A DNA stretch of 63,909 nt, the filler included, from Welwitschia mirabilis (taxonomy: Eukaryota): the NCBI GenBank assembly GCA_051453625.1. It is 7 parts of one record of this genome, joined end to end, with 100 filler letters (N's around TTAATTAATTAA, not from the genome) between each part and the next. Parts side by side here need not be neighbours in the genome. Positions count along the whole stretch, not along the records: positions 62,510 to 63,909 come from JBOZIK010000001.1; 6 more parts are not named here. One strand, 5' to 3'. The translations under genes were made by a program, and so were the position numbers. Shown here in pieces: positions 63,161 to 63,909 of the stretch; the stretch's first letter is position 1, and every line of letters starts with the position of its first letter. The notes below the pieces were generated by a model, which was not told where the DNA came from, made no database searches, and worked only from the letters and a program-made list of their open reading frames with translations.

Positions 63161-63909
63161 ATGCTAACAGGCAGAATAATGGTGTCCATTTGGAGGAGGA
63201 ATGAAAGGATGCATTTTAGGCTGAAGTCAGGGAAGAATGGAAATTTCAAAAGGACAGAAGGAGAAGAGGAATGGGCATTTGCAGTGCCTATGAGAGCCAT
63301 TGCATATAGGGAAACACGCACNNNNNNNNNNNNNNNNNNNNNNNNNNNNNNNNNNNNNNNNNNNNNNNNNNNNNNNNNNNNNNNNNNNNNNNNNNNNNNN
63401 NNNNNNNNNNNNNNNNNNNNNCTATGAGAGCCATTGCATATAGGGAAACACGCACTGCAGAAACTTTTAAAAAAATGCATTAGGGAGGGAAATAAAAGAC
63501 AGAAGCTGCAAGTTAAACATGGGCTAGTCAGCAAACAAATTTGGAAAAGTGCTACAGTGGACGATGTGGGCATGGCGGTGTGGGGGAAGAAGTGTTGACA
63601 GGGTGCCAGGAGGTATGAAGTAGAGATAATATGAGTATGGAGGACTCGGAACAGGATACCGGTTTGTAAAGGGCTACGATCAGGGAGTTCTAGTTCATGG
63701 AAAAAACTATGTTCATCAAATGAAGACGGCATGCTGTGCGGACGAAAAGAGGAAGGCAACTAATGCATTTACAAGAGTGGTATCTCACGTAATGGAAGAG
63801 AGGGTTACTGCAAAAATGCTTAGGCTGAGAACCATTGTAGAAAAAGGAGGATGTGCACTTGCAGAGGATGAACGCGCTTCAAAAGCGTGATGCATGGGTG
63901 AGGGAACGC
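63161..63909 (+). other. Purine-rich, decayed coding-like segment, possibly LINE ORF1
   Basis: Long near-open frame with NKFGKVL...RVPGG, faintly like plant L1 ORF1 N-termini. No RT or endonuclease in the window. Confidence 0.2.

Noticed and set aside
54402..63455. Short exact repeats on both sides of gaps (54402/55251, 61090/61227, 63288/63422; also 26441/26578)
   Set aside because: Most likely overlapping contig ends or collapsed repeats from assembly

Overview
Eukaryotic plant nuclear DNA: AT-rich, transposon-dense, with many assembly gaps. One host gene is supported, the first three coding exons of an ANGUSTIFOLIA (AN, plant CtBP/BARS-like) gene on + (24781-25386, 46251-46419, 46625-46755). 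Intron 1 is about 20.9 kb and holds a stack of Ty1/copia elements, two of them full length with 5-bp target-site duplications (TSDs) and one nested in another. Intron 3 appears to start with a non-canonical GC donor, runs past the window end (>17 kb) and holds Athila-like Ty3/gypsy sequence. Upstream lie a Sirevirus-like copia with an extra 3' ORF and palindromic motif clusters, two inverted decayed Tat-like gypsy relics, a hAT transposase pseudogene and another copia. The most unusual signal is a mosaic of three plastid-derived fragments (rpoB, rps12 intron, trnI-GAU intron) just upstream of the TATA box of an Athila-like LTR. AN and rpoB residues hint at a non-flowering seed plant (inference only). 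I see no convincing new biological system. Family assignments come from recalled motifs, not database searches.
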